In this document: in pieces, positions 49,557-63,241 of the stretch | How the letters are laid out: each line of letters starts with the position of its first letter | How positions within the stretch are numbered: the first letter of the stretch is position 1 | Source: Torpedo marmorata | Lineage: Eukaryota | Direction of reading: 5' to 3' | DNA: 64,000 bases | Assembly (NCBI GenBank): GCA_977017645.1 | Contig: OZ360222.1 | Span: 93,558,001 to 93,622,000 of the forward strand | The notes under the pieces: model-generated | Databases searched by the model: none | Told to the model about the DNA's origin: nothing | What the model saw: the letters and a program-made list of their open reading frames with translations, nothing else | Made by a program: the position numbers and the translations under genes

Positions 49557-49735
49557 TGGGTGGCACAGTTTGCATATTCCCCCCGTGTCTGCGTGGGTTT
49601 TCCCCGGAGGCTCCGGTTTCCTCCCAACGTTCGAAACATACTGGGGTTGTAGGTTAATTGGGTGTAATTGGGCAGCATGGGCGAAATGGCCTGTTACCGT
49701 GCTGTATGGCTAAATTTTAAAAAATAAAAATAAAA
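49557..49735 (+). mobile_element. V-SINE (HE1-like), internally deleted
   Basis: gggtggcacag start fused to the V-domain, CR1-type tail and A-rich end. A further 3' fragment lies at 53510-53575. Confidence 0.8.
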
Positions 49736-50601
49736 ATGGAAGTATGATGGTTTCTCAGTAACCATTTTTATTCTGGCACAATTTGATCTGATATCTTTAT
49801 ATTATTCTAACATTTTAATGCACAATAATAACTAGCAGGAACAACTGTAACACAATTCCCTCTTTTGCATTCCAAATTCTATGAATAGAAGAATAGTTAC
49901 TTGATGTGCCTGCAAATTAATTTTCTGTTTTATCTATACTGTACAAAGACATTCTCTTAATCCAAAAATATAATAGTTTCATTATTTTTTTATGCTCCTT
50001 ACTGAAATTAATAACCTTACAATATTGTACATTATACTCCACCTGCCAATTTCTCGAACACTCATTTTAACCCAATTATATTTTAGCAGACTTATTCCCT
50101 CCTCTTTATCAATGACCTTCCAAACTGGCTTTGTGTTGTCAATCTGCTTCGATACATAATATTTAATTTCTCTACTTGGATTGCACATATCTGATACTCC
50201 AATACTGATTTAATGATATTCCATTCAAAATTTGACAAATTGAAAATTATATTTTAAACTTATTTTTTGCTTTTCATGAATCGTCTGTGTATGTAAACAT
50301 ATTACTCCAAACACATTATAACTTTATGATGTGTAATAGCTCTTGAGTAACCTGAATACAATGCTTTTTGGAAATCTATACAGTTACAATCATGTCCTCT
50401 CCCTTATCTATCCTGAGTTTGTCTTAAAAATCTCTCAGATGTGGCAAATTGCATTTTCATTTCACAAAATGCCACAGAAAATGATAACATAATTAGTCAA
50501 TGTCATTGTTATCATTTCTTTAAACAATAAATTCTGGCTTTGGAGTCCTTTAATTTTGCTCTCTCTATTGAGATAGCATTATGGCATTTGCTATCATAAG
50601 C

Positions 50602-53288
50602 AGCTGTGTGTTGGTCTTTGTTGAAACGTGGCTCAGAGACAAGGTCCCGGACGCCGCCATTCAGCTGGATGGAGTCGCTTTATTTCGGGCTGACAGAGAT
50701 GCTGCTCTCTGTGGAAAAGTCCGTGGCGGTGGCTTGTGTGTTTTCATCAACACAGAATGGTGTAAGGACTCTGTACTAGTCTCCAGTCACTGCTCAGCGT
50801 TGGTGGAATTTGTGACTGTCAGATGTTGACCATTTTATCTACCGCAGGAATTTACCATGGTCCTCATAGTTGGAGTGTACATCCCCCCCAGCGCTAATGC
50901 CAAGGAGGAGATCTGGGAACTGTGTGGGGCTATAGGCGAACTGCAGACCGCACACCCCGACGGACTGCTGATTATCACTGGCGATTTCAACCAGGCGAAC
51001 CTCAAGTCAGGGCTACCTAAATTCCATCAGTATGTGGACTTTGCTATGAGAGGGGCGAACGCGTTGGATCTTGTGTTCACGAACATTTCCGGCGCATATC
51101 GGGCGGGGCCCCGCCCCCACCTCGGATACTCAGACCATATCTCTGTAATGCTAACGCCAGCATACAGACCGCTCGCCAGATGCTCCAGACCAGTTCGGAA
51201 GCAGGTTAAAACCTGGCCAGCAGGTGCCATCCATGCACTTCAGGACTGCTTTGAGCGTACTGATTGGCACATGTTCAGGGAAGCAGCAACCGATGGCGAC
51301 TGCAGCAATCTGGAGGAGTATACGGCATCAGTGACTAACTACATTAGTAAGTGTACTGATGAAGTCACTGTGCCCAAGACCATCATTACTCGCTCTAATC
51401 AGAAGCCATGTATGACTGCGGAGGTGCGTGTGTGGCTGAGGAGACGAACTCTGCCTTCAGTGCGGGCGACAAGCTAACCCTAGCTATCGCAAGAGCAAAG
51501 CTGTCTAAGGCCATCAGGGAGGCAAAGCGTGCACATGCCCAGCGAATTCAGAGTCACTTTCAGGACAGCAAGGATACGCGATGCATGTGGAAGGGCATTC
51601 AAGATATAACTAACCACAAGACTACACCATCTGACTGTGCTGGTGATGCCTCCCTCCCAGATGCACTGAACAACTTCTATGAGCGTTTTGAGGCGAAAAA
51701 TTATGTAGTGGCAAAGAAGACAACCCCTCCTCCAAATGATCAGGTACTGTGTTTCGCAGTGGCCAACCTGAGGAGAGTGTTAAGCAAGGTTAACCCACGG
51801 AAAGCTGCTGGGCCAGATAACATTCCCGGCAGAGTGCTCAGGGGATGTGCGGCCCAGCTGGCTGATGTTCTCACCGACATCTTTAACATCTCCCTGAGCA
51901 GTGCCGTGGTTCCAACGCGCTTCAAAGCTGCTACCATCATCCCCGTACTGAAGAAGTCGACGGTGTCCTGCCTCAATGACTACCGCCCTGTCGCATTCAC
52001 ATCTACCATCATGAAGTGCTTCGAGAGGCTCGTCATGAGGCACATCAAGCTTCTGCTGCCCCCCTCACTGGACCCCCTGCAGTTCGCATATAGATCAAAC
52101 CGCTCCACAAATGATGCCATCATTACCACCCTCCACCTAGCCCTCAACCCACCTGGAAAATAAGGACACGTATGTTCGAATGCTGTTTATTGACTTCAGC
52201 TCGGCATTCAACACGATCATACCTCAGTACCTGATAGGGAGGTTGAGGGGGCTGGGCCTAAACTACAACCTCTGTAATTGGATCCTAGACTTCCTGACAG
52301 GAAGACCTCAGGCAGTCCGGATTGGAAACAGCACTTCTGAGGTCATTACATTGAGCACGGGGGCTCCCCAGGGCTGTGTGCTTAGCCCATTGCTGTTCAC
52401 CTTGCTGACTCATGACTGTGCAGCAAAACACAGCTCGAATAACATCATCAAGTTCGCTGATGATACGACCGTGGTGGGCCTTATCAGTAAGAATGATGAG
52501 TCAGCATACAGAGACGAGGTGCAGTCGCTACTGGAATGGTGCGGAGCCAACAACCTGCATCTGAATGTAAACAAAACAAAAGAGTTGGTTGTCGACTTCA
52601 GAAGGGCCCGGGGGGATCATTCTCCATTGACCATGGATGGCTCTACCGTTGAAGTCGTAAAGAGTACCAAGTTTGTTGGAGTGCACTTGGCGGAGAGTCT
52701 CAGCTGGTCCCTCAACACCAGTTCCATAGTCAAGAAAGCCCAGCAGCGTCTTTACTTCCTGCGAAGGCTGAGGAAAGTTCATCTCCCACCCCCTATCCTT
52801 ATTACATTTTACAGGGGATGTATTGAGAGTATTCTGAGCAATTGCATCACCACTTGGTTTGGTAACTGTACCACCTCGGACAGAAAGACCCTGCAGAGGA
52901 TAGTGGGGTCAGCAGAGAAAATATTGGAGTCTCTCATTATTAGAGTCTCTCTCCCCACCATGATGGACATCTACAACACACGATGCATGAGGAAGGCTAA
53001 AAACATTGTGAAGGACTTCTCGCACCCCTTTGGTAAACTGTTTTCCCTTTTGCCATCTGGAAGGAGGTACCGAAGCCCTTGGGCTCGTATGTCCAGACTG
53101 TGCAACAGTTTTTTCCCCCAAGCCATCAGGCTCCTCAATTTCTAGATATTTATGTGTATTAGCATGTTATAGTTTTTCTATTGTATTATGATATTTATGT
53201 ACATCTGCCCATGGTCCTGGAGAAACGTTATCTCGTCTTACTGTGTATATGGTAATGAAGGACAAATAAAGGTGACTTGACTTGACTT
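50602..53288 (+). mobile_element. Rex1/Babar LINE, 5'-truncated young copy
   Basis: ORFs 50581..50829, 50857..51477, 51408..52163 and 52180..53145 are collinear with 38205-40866. (GACTT)n tail. Confidence 0.95.
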
Positions 53289-53623
53289 ATCTCCCACTCC
53301 ACTGGGACAGTACCAGGATTCAGAGATTCTGGAAGATCACATCAAACACAACCAGTATTGCTGCAGCCATTTCTTTTAGCATTCAAGGATGTGGACGATC
53401 AGTTCTATGGGATTTCTGAGCTCACATGGCTCATTAATTTACCGAGTACTTCTTTATTTTCTACTGTTAATTAATTTGACTTCCTAATTCCCAGGTCATG
53501 TTGGAGCATTTGGGTAGCACGGGCTCGTGGGCCGGAAGGGCCTGTTACTGTGCTGTATCTCTAAATTAAATTAAAATTTCTTATTCTTATTAAAAAGACA
53601 CTTGGCTTACACAAATTAATATA

Positions 53624-54379
53624 CCGTATATTTCGGCGGATAAGACGACACTTGAAGCATCCACAAAACACCCCAAAAAAAGGGTCATCCTTTAGGCCAG
53701 ATACAAAACAGTGACCTTAAAATTCTACTAAATATACCACTTGATTGGTTCCATAACCTACCCAGACCCCACCCTATAACAAATTTTTAAGCTACCAGTA
53801 TATTAAAAAAAAAGCTGCTGTAGTGTACGCAATTTTTATTTTGCACTAAAATCCATTACCAATGTGGTGTTAAACCAATAAAAAAATTGTAAAATAAAAA
53901 AACACATCACACACATTTAAAATCCTTGAAAATCACTAGCTTCATCGTATGAGGCAAAGAACTCAGCAAGCACATCCGGAGTCTCACTGTTTACACGTCA
54001 TCATACGGGTCCCAGTCTGAATCTGGTGAGTCGGCTTCGGTTTCGTCGTCAGTGTCCCGCAATAAATCATCCTCCATACTATCCATTGCACGAGAGATAC
54101 CGCACTTTTTGAAAGATAATTTGATAAAAATTTTTTAACTGGTTAAGACAGAAGGTAGCAACAGGCTGAACTGTGAATCGCTTTGTGACGGTGCTTCACC
54201 CACCTACCGGCCACACCCACCAGCTCAGTCAACATGACACCAGCTCAGTCAACACACGTATGGTACCGGTATGTTTGGGGGGTCATCTTATACCACCAAT
54301 ATGAGCTAAAACCATGAAATTCAATTGAAATTGTGGTCTCGTCTTATCTGAAGGTTGCCTTATCCTCTGAAATATACGG
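53624..54379 (-). mobile_element. pogo-family deletion derivative with transposase C-terminal remnant
   Basis: TIRs CCGTATATTTC / GAAATATACGG with TA TSD. Reverse strand about 53998-54116 encodes SFKKCGISRAMDSMEDDLLRDTDDETEADSPDSDWDPYDD. Confidence 0.85.
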
Positions 54380-55144
54380 TATTTCTATGCATTCTCCCAT
54401 GAAGTTTGACAAAGACTATCTTTTTTACCATCTTGGTCACTTCCTTATTTTGCAGTATAATTTCTTCCATGTCTAATGGACTCCAGTACACATATTATCA
54501 CAATCAGACTTTAATATTCTGTTTTACTTTGCATGTTCTTTTTTTAATAAATTTAAGTGCAACACATTTTAACTCAGCTTTAGTAATTGTATGTCTGTGT
54601 TATTTGTGGTCAGAGACAATGTCAAGAGCTACCTGTTGTATTTTGACATTAATTATTTACTTTCTATGCATGACACAAACATCACCTGCAACATGAGAAG
54701 TTAAATTTCTGCGCAGGTAGATGCAAATATATTCCATGACACTATTTTGAAAAGAAGCATTGTGTTTTCTGCCATATCTGGCAAAATGCTTCATTCTTGA
54801 TTAACACTTCTGAAAACAGATTATTTGGCCATTGTCACACAGCTATTTTCAGTACCTTACTCAGTGCAAAATAGTCGCTGCATTTCCAAAGAACTACACT
54901 TGCAAAGTACTTCCATGTACAAAATATTTTGGGAGATTGTGAAAAGTGCATGAAAGTGTTAAATACATTTAAAGTTTTTTTTTGCTGGTAACTATAATTA
55001 ATATTTAATTCAGTATAAGTAATTATATTACAAACAATAGCTCCTGTAGCAGCTATGCTTACAGTACATTTTGTTCAAACTATATCTTTGCTTTGCTTTT
55101 AATTGAATGGTAGTTCTGTCTCTCACTTCCTGACAATGAATCCT

Positions 55145-56420
55145 TTACCATTTTTACTCAGCCGCAGCATAATGGAAAATTTTCGGAAATTTTCCATTAT
55201 GCTGGCTGTGTAAAAATGTCGTGACGGAAATTAGAAACTAATTTCCATCCCGACATTTTTCCTGCAGCAGCCCTAGACATTTTTGCGGACTGCCTGCAGT
55301 TGAACTGAACTGTAGGCGGTCTGCAAAAATGGGTTAATGAATACGATGTACCTGATGACGGTCTCCCTCTTCCTGCCTCTGCCCCTCCAATGCCCCTTGT
55401 CCTCCCTCCAACCTCTCCGGCCCTCTTTCCAGGGGGTTCAATCTGCCGTGCCTCCCGCTCCCTCAACCCAACTTCTCATTCCCTCCTCAGTCGCAATACC
55501 CCACCGCCCCCTCTCCTGCCCTCCCTAACCCCTCCCCCTCTCCTTTCCCTGTGCACCCCCCTCTCCTTTCCCTGTGCACCCCCCTCTCTCTCCTTTCCCT
55601 GTGCAGGTTAATGACATCATTAATGTCGAGGTAGTGACGCTGTGCATCGGATGTAGCTGAATGTCAGAATCGACGTCGACCCACGTCCACCCTCCGGTAT
55701 CACCACAACTCCGGAAGTCAGTGTAAACCTCCATCCTGTGTGAACGGCCACTCCGGAGGGTAAATATGATTCAAGATTCAATTTATTGTCATAGTAATAA
55801 GACAGTGTCATATTCCATGAAATTTCTTTTTGCCTGCTGCAAGGCAGACAGATTCGCCACTGGCAGAAATTGCATAAGTGCGTCTAACATTCCTTACAGT
55901 CAGAGAAAGAGAAGCAAAAGAGTCCCCCCAGAGTCACTGAGTGTCCATAGATTCGCCTCCAGTGCTTCCGCAGCCACACAGAGTCCAGTCCAAACGATCG
56001 GCAACCCGAGCTCCAGATCCGAACCTCCGACACGGTCAGGTCGCCCTCGGCACCCCCTCGCATCCCGGTTCCGATACCCGTACTCCTCCAGCAGTTCGAG
56101 CCAGCCTCCAGCAGTCCGCAGCCCGGCATGAATCCCCCGACAGCAGTCTCCAGCAGCCCACAGCCTCCGCGGGTTCCTCGCCTCGAGTCGCCGGCAGCCC
56201 GCCGCGTGCACTGGTCCTTCAGCCTCAGTGAGGGATTCTCCTTCCATTGCCTCCAGTGAGAGCTCCCTCTTCCCCCACAGTGCAGCGAGGGATCTCTCTC
56301 CCACTCCATTGCCCTGCAGTGAGGACAACGTTCCCTCGTGCCTTAGGGACCCTTCCTTTCCCCACCTTGTCCCATCATTGATGATGGTAAAATCTCGTTA
56401 CCTCTGTGTAAAATTGGTAA
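55145..56420. mobile_element. Putative non-autonomous TIR element (possibly Harbinger-like) with terminal palindrome, interrupted by a retro-repeat
   Basis: TTACCATTTTTACTCAG at 55145 and CTGTGTAAAATTGGTAA ending at 56420 are imperfect inverted repeats. TSD is ambiguous. Confidence 0.5.
55769..56330 (-). mobile_element. GC-rich SINE-like repeat with a Rex-type (TCTTGAA)n tail
   Basis: Reverse strand ends GACAATAAATTGAATCTTGAATC. Body is homologous to 19505-19890. Confidence 0.65.
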
Positions 56421-56423
56421 TAG

Positions 56424-59400
56424 TGTAGCGGTACCCGCTTTGGGCAAGCGAACCGGTGCCCGCAATGGCGGCTGCGCAAGTACACGTGGCAACAGCAGGG
56501 GCCAGCGCAAAGATGGCACCGACCCCCCTTCTACTTCAACCAGGAGAAGAAGGACAGGAGACCCGGGAAAGTTCCCATTGTAATGTACAGCTCCCATTGT
56601 CATGTAGACGACAGCGATTAAGCTCGCAGCCATGCTTAAAAGCCAGGGCTGCGAGACCCGTATAACAGTCTTGCTTGCAACCCACCGACTGCATGTTGTT
56701 CTTCAGCATTGTGTGTAGCTCACGCTACATTGGTGACCCCGACGAGTCCAAACGAATTTGGACCTACAATGACCGACTCCACGGCCATCAGCGCAGTCGC
56801 CGTCAAGCTGCCGACCTTCTGGACCCAACGACCCCATGTGTAGTTCGATCAGGCAGAAGCACAGTTTGCACTCCGCAGCATCACCAGAGATGCCACCAAG
56901 TACTACCATGTGGTCAGCTCACTCGGAGAGGACGCAGCCGCATGGGTGGAAGATTTCCTGCACCGACCACCGGAGGAGGGTAAATACCCCGCTTTCAAAG
57001 CCCTGTTGATGAACACTTTCGGGCTTTCGCAACGGGAGCAGGGTGCCCGCTTGCTGCTGCTGGACGGGCTGGGAGACAGATCGCCCTCACAGCTCATGGA
57101 TGAGATGCTGGCCCTCACAGGAGGCCACACGTGCCTTTTCTTTGATCAGGTGTTCTTAGAGATGGTGCCACTCAACGTGCGCCTGGCACTCACAGAGGCG
57201 GATTTCTCCATGCCCAGGACAGTGGCTACCCAAGCGGACACTCTCTGGGAGGCAGGAAGCAGGAAGGGTGAGTCAGACAATGGTCGACCAAGTGGTCAAA
57301 CCAAAAACCCAACACCCCAACCCTGCTTGTCCCACCGAACGCACAGCCCTCGGTAGCAGCAGCGACGGCGCCAACCTCGACTGGTGTTTCTACTACCGTC
57401 GTTGGGGCCTGAATGCCCGCCGCTGCAGGTCCCCATGCAAGTTTCAGGGAAACGACAAGGCCAACCATCGCTGGTGGCAACGACGGCTGGCCACAGAGAC
57501 AGCCTACTGTACATGAGGGACAAGAATTCCGGCCGGTGGTTCCTTGTGGACACAGGAGCCGAAATCAGCATTTTTCCCCCGACACCGTACGAAACCAGGA
57601 CCCGGACACAGGGACACGCGCTGCAGGCTGCCAACGGCAGATCCATTCCGACATTCAGCACGATGGCGGCATACCTCCGGTTTGGCGACAGCCATTTCTC
57701 GTGGGAGTTCACGCTCGCAAGCGTCTGGCTGCCCATCCTAGGGGCCGACTTCCTGAGGGCACACAGCTTACTGGTAGATCTGCAGGGTAAGTAGCTGGTC
57801 CATGCACGGACCTTCCAATCCTTTGCCCTGCAAAAATCCAATCACCACTCCACCCAGCTGAGCTTCGTAGCGCAGCCAGAGGACGATTTCATCCGCTTGC
57901 TCGCTGATTTCCTGTCGATTTCTGACCCCAAGTTCACAGCAGAGTTGCCCAAGCACAGCGTCAGGCACCACATCACCACCCAGGGCCCACCGCTCCATGC
58001 CCATGCACGCCGCTTGCCCCCGGATAAACTCCGACTAGCCAAAGAGGACTTTAGCAGGATGGAGGCCTTAGGGATAATCAGATTTCCTTTTCATTTACTT
58101 GGACGATATACTTATCGCCAGTAAAACCCGCCAGGAGCACATAGCACACCTCCGCCAGCTGTTCAACCGCCTAAACCAATTCGGCCTTACAGTCAACCTG
58201 GCCAAATTCCACTTCGGCCTCTCCACAATTGACTTCCTGGGCCATAGGATAACACGCTATGGCGCAACTCCCCTACCCGACAAAGTGGACGTGGTTCGCA
58301 AATTCCCCCGGCCGTCCACCATGAAGGGCCTCCAGGAGTTCGTGGGGATGGTCGATTTTTATCACAGATTCCTGCCAGCAGCAGCCCGCATCATGCATCC
58401 GCTTTTCACCCTCATGGCTGGCAAAGCCAAAGCGCTGGTTTGGGACGCGGAATCCACTGCGGCCTTTAACAAAGCCAAAGAGGCCCTGGCTGATGCCACG
58501 ATGATGGTTCACCCCAGAACCGACGTGCCAACCTCCCTCACGGTGGTCGCTTCAAACTCGGCAGTCGGCGGGGTGCTGGACATTTACGGCCACCCGAACT
58601 TAAATACAGCGCCTTCGACCGGGAGCTACTAGCACTGTGCCTGGCCATATGGCACTTTCGATACTTTCTGGAAGGTAGAACATTCACCGCCTTCACTGAC
58701 CACAAGCCGCTCACTTTCACGTTCTCGAAAGTCTCCGACCCCTGGTCGGCCTATCAACAGCGCCAGTTGTCCTACATATCTGAGTTCACGACTCAGATTC
58801 AGCATGTCTCAGGAAAGGACAACGCTGTTGCGGACGCACTATCCCGGCCAACTATCCAAGACTTAGCCCAAGGGGTCGACTACACCGCCCGGCAGAGGTG
58901 CAGCAGGCTGATGAAGAGACGCACTGTTTCAGAACCGCGACCACCGGGCTGCAACTACAGGACATCGCCATTGGGAGAGGTGAGCAAACTCTCCTATGTG
59001 ACGTCTCCACAGGCCACCCCCGACCCATTGTCTCAGCCGCATGGCAGAGGCAGGTTTTCGATTCCATTCACGGCTTATCCCGCCCGTCCATCAGAACTAC
59101 TGCAAAGCTGATTTCCAGTAAATTCGTCTGGCACGGTCTCTGCAAGAAAGTCACCGAATGGGCCAAGAACTGCGTGCAGTGCCAGATCTCAAAAGTCCAA
59201 AACCACACAAAGACCCAGCCACAAAAATTTGAGCCAACGACCAGGCGATTTGACCACATACACGTAGACCTGGTAGGCCCCCTACCCATCTCCAGAGGAG
59301 CGCAATACCTCCTCACCATGGTGGACCGTTTCACTCGCTGGCCCGAGGCAGTCCCTCCCGCGGACATCACCAACGAAGCCTGTGCCAGAGCCCTTATCAC

Positions 59401-60408
59401 CATGTGGGTCGCTCGCTTTGGGGTGCCAGCCACATTACCTTGGACAGGGGGGCCCAATTTACATCAGCCCTGTGGACAACCATGGCCAACTTCCTGGGCA
59501 CACAGCTCCACAAAACGACGGCTTACCACCCACAGTCCAATGGTTTAGTGGAACGCTTCTCCGCCACCTAAAAGCCGCTCTAATGGCCAGTCTAGACGAG
59601 CTGCCGTGGGTCCTCCTGGGGATCCGCACAGCGCCTAAAGAAGACCTCAATACCTCGTCGGCAGTATTGGTCTACGGAACCCCCCTGGTGGTACCAGGGG
59701 AATTCCTACCCGCCCGAAGGGGGCAAGATGCCAGCACAGCAGAGATGCTCAACAGACTCCGCGAGCAACTCGGCAACCTAGCACCGATCCCCACGTCGCA
59801 ACATGGACAGTGGCCCGAGCGCATCCCCAACAACCTGCGGAGCTGTGAGTATGTGTTCATCAGAAGGGGACCACACAGGGCACCACTACAATGGCCTTAC
59901 GAAGGCCCTTTCCGGGTAGTTAAAAATAACGGCTCCACCTTCATATTGGACATTGGGGGTAAAGAAGAATGTTTCACAACAGACCGTTTAAAACCAGCAC
60001 ACATGGACTTAACTCAACCTATTGAACTACAGGCACCCAGACGTAGGGGCCGGCCTCCCAAACTACCGAGGGACTCTAACACCAGTTCTGGGGGGGGGTT
60101 GTGTAGCGGTACCCGCTCTGGGAAAGCAAACTGGTGCCCACAATGGCGGCCGTGCAAGTACACGTGGCAACAGCAGGGGCCGGCACAAAGATGGCACCGA
60201 CCCCCCTACTTCTTCAACCAGGAGAAGAAGGACAGGAGACCCGGGAAAGTTCCCATTGTAATGTACGGCTCCCATTGTCACGTAAATGACAGCAATTAAG
60301 CTCGCAGCCCTGCTTAAAAGCCAAGGCTGCGAGACCCGATTAAACAGTCTTGCTTGCAACCCACCGACTGTGTGTTGTTCTTCAGCATTCTGTGTTGCTC
60401 ACGCTACA
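56424..60408 (+). mobile_element. Ty3/Gypsy LTR retrotransposon, two LTRs, defective gag-pol
   Basis: LTRs 56424-56729 and 60102-60408 (TGTAGCG...CGCTACA), TSD ATAG, G-run PPT 60090-60098. Gag VKLPTFW and Cys motif CFYY..C..PC, protease FLVDTGAEIS, RT YLDD, RNase H TDHKPL, integrase HVDLVGPLP..VDRFTRWPEA. Confidence 0.97.
56731..56744 (+). promoter_or_regulatory. Primer-binding site complementary to the tRNA-Trp 3' end
   Basis: TGGTGACCCCGACG lies 1 nt after the 5' LTR. The vertebrate tRNA-Trp 3' end is ...CGTCGGGGTCACCA (recalled). Confidence 0.8.
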
Positions 60409-61821
60409 ATAGTATCTATTCCAAGCAGTCACAATGATTAGTATTGTGGTTAAGGCTGTCTTGAAAGTATAATAATTATTCATTTAAAGGCAATCTTTAT
60501 ACCCCTTAATTAGTTGCTGAGTTCCTTATCCTTAAGGGAAAGCAGTCAAATAGAAATTAAACTTGCATTCTGTTAGAATGTAACAGCATTGTTACAAAAC
60601 ACATGTTAACATTAAAGAAAAACCTTCAAGCTGTATACCATAGCCCGCAACCGCCTTTGAAGGTCAGTACAAATTCTGACAGGACAATGATAGTTTCATC
60701 ATCCATTACTGCAAATAGCTTTACTGCTTGCCCGGCTCAGCGTCACTGGCTCATAAGGGAAGCATGCTATGTGGAAAATAAACATTTTATGTCTGAAATC
60801 TTTTTGGGTTGTAGAATAAGTGTAATAATATTGTGAACCCAAATATGCTATTATACATAAAAATAAAACAAAATAATGTATTCTGAAATGGTTGGTATCT
60901 TATTAAATCATAACATAAATAACTGCAATAATATTGTGTGATGTTCACTCTTTGATACGATTCAAAATGCCACCATGAAATACATATTTTCTTAATTGTT
61001 AAACTGAAATGTCAGAATCTCTTCACTTTTTGTATAAAAGTATGATTTATGACTAGAATCATGTCTAACACACTACATTAATTGCATGCTATTTGGATCT
61101 CAGAACTCATTATACAAAATATTATAGCGAAGTATTATACAGAATTATACAGAAATGTGTATATATATTTTCTTGATCTGCTTTTTAATTTGATGTACAT
61201 TATGTTACGAGATTGTCATGTGGAGAATAAGTTTTATAGCTATCATTTTTATCTCATAATACAAACTGATCTCTGTTAGCAGAGGTAGGGTTACTGATAC
61301 ATTTGCATTCTTCAATAAAGATAGAAAATTCTGAAAATTTACACTATACCATAGGATAAGAAAATAGGTCTATGCTTCTCATGCAGAAACATTGTTCTCA
61401 CTCGTTCTTGATTTCATTTCAGATTGCTAACATTTGCAAATTCCTTCTCTTTTTATGTTTATTCACATGCTTTGTCATGAATAATAATTCTTCTGATGGT
61501 GATGAAGACCTTCCAAGCAAAGACCAATTTGCATTTCTCTCCATAATAGAGTGCATTGGGCTGATTATTCTGAACAGACTCCCTCTATTCACAACAATAA
61601 GTCCAATCCAATCCAAACAAAGTACTTTCACATCCACTGTACCAGTGTAGCATTACATCTTTTCCTAAATCTCTTACAATTTAGATGCCATAAAAATCTT
61701 GCATTCCATTTATGACTGTGCTGGATTCAAAATTAATGCCCAGAAATTAAACTCTGTTGACATCTAATTTTATGATAAATAAACATCTCGCTGCTAACAA
61801 TAATTATTTTGAATTATGTGG

Positions 61822-62607
61822 TGTTGTGTGTGGAGGAAATGTGGCCCCCCTGCCTGTCTGAAATGTGTGTATTGCGGGTGGTCACGTGTCCCCTCCCTGT
61901 CTGGAATGTATTCGGAACTCACGTCACCCGTCAATCAAGGTTGGGCCCCAGCCACTAATTACATCACCTGTCAGTCATGGTTTGGCTCCGGCCACTAATC
62001 AGAGCACACCTTGCCATTGGCTAATTCAAATCACTGAAAGTCACTATTGGCTCGACACACAAATTAGCACTCTATTTAGCACCAGGACAGAGCACATTGC
62101 TCTCTCTCTGCTCGTGGTGATAGCCCTGGACACCGCTCCATGCCATGGTCGCTACTGTGGACGTCGGTTGGAAGGGTCGCGGGTAAGGTGTGCACTGCAC
62201 TGAAGCTGAGCCGTAGTATCGCTATAGTTTAAACCTGCTATAGATCGATACTCGCAGTAGAGCCGCACCTCCCGACGATCAGGGGTCCAAGAGTGTGCGT
62301 ATACCCCTGCGGGTACCGTTTGTACCAGAGCCGCCTTCCGACGATCAGGGGTCCGGGAAGGGTGGGTATTACCCCTACTATAGTGTGCGAATGTCGGCAC
62401 CGCCTGTGTGAATTATAAATTGTGTACTGTGTAACGTTTTCCCACCCTCTTTTATAAACTGTGCGCCTGTGTGTGTTATTCCCGTAATGTTTCCCATGCT
62501 CTCCTATAAATTGTTGTGTGATAATAAAAGCTGTGTGTTATTGCAGCCCTTGTGTCCAGACTCGTCTCTCTGTGAACCCACCGAATCTGACACCTTTCTC
62601 AACACAA
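61822..62607 (+). mobile_element. Solo LTR related to the 5404-7195 family
   Basis: Shares the start tgttgtgtgtggaggaa, the internal tattcggaa..caatcaaggttgg and the end cttgtgtccagactc.tctctctgtgaaccc.ccgaa. GTGG occurs on both flanks. Confidence 0.8.
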
Positions 62608-62699
62608 GTGGACCAAATGAAAGGACACGTCTTTCTTCAGCTGCACTGAAGTTGGAATTCCTTTTGAGCGACCAGAAGTTACAATGACATTGTGTATAA

Positions 62700-62970
62700 C
62701 AATATGGGGCACAGATTAAAAGAAACTCTCAGAAGGATTAAAGGAGCAATGACATAATGTTCTTTCAGCCAGGGAGGATGAAGAATCTGAAACTCACTGC
62801 CTGAAAAATTGAAAGAAGAAATCACATCACATTTAAAAAGCATTTAGAAGTATATTTGAAAAACCATGATGTAAAGGCCAACAGATCAAATTCTAAGTAT
62901 GTGTTTATTAAAAGGGCAGCTACTTTTTAACAGCGAAGACAGAAAGGCCTCTTCCTGTATGTATGATTCT
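62700..62970 (+). mobile_element. CR1 3' end, degenerate
   Basis: Motifs tctgaaactcactgcctgaaa, catttaaaaagcatttaga and aaggcctcttcctgtatgtatgattcta. Confidence 0.6.
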
Positions 62971-63022
62971 ATTCCCTTTCTGCTCACCTCCATCTTCTCT
63001 TTGCATTTTAAAACATGTTATA

Positions 63023-63241
63023 CAGTAAAACCCCTGTTGTCCGGAATTCAAGCAAATGGCAGCCTCAAGCAACCGACAAAAAATCGCGTAAAATAAATAG
63101 GTAAAAAAAATGGAAATTTAAAATTGGCGCGCTTCGCCGTTAGTTCGCTAATCATGCAACACGTTGTCTCAAGCAACTGGAAAATTCACTTATCCGGCAT
63201 CTACCAATCCCCATAGGTGCCGGTTACCAGGGATTTTACTA
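63023..63241. mobile_element. Tigger/pogo-type MITE
   Basis: TIRs CAGTAAAACCCCTG / CAGGGATTTTACTA with TA on both sides. Confidence 0.8.

Noticed and set aside
55766-56328. Several 96-142 aa ORFs on both strands
   Set aside because: GC-rich repeat with few stop codons and no recognisable domain.
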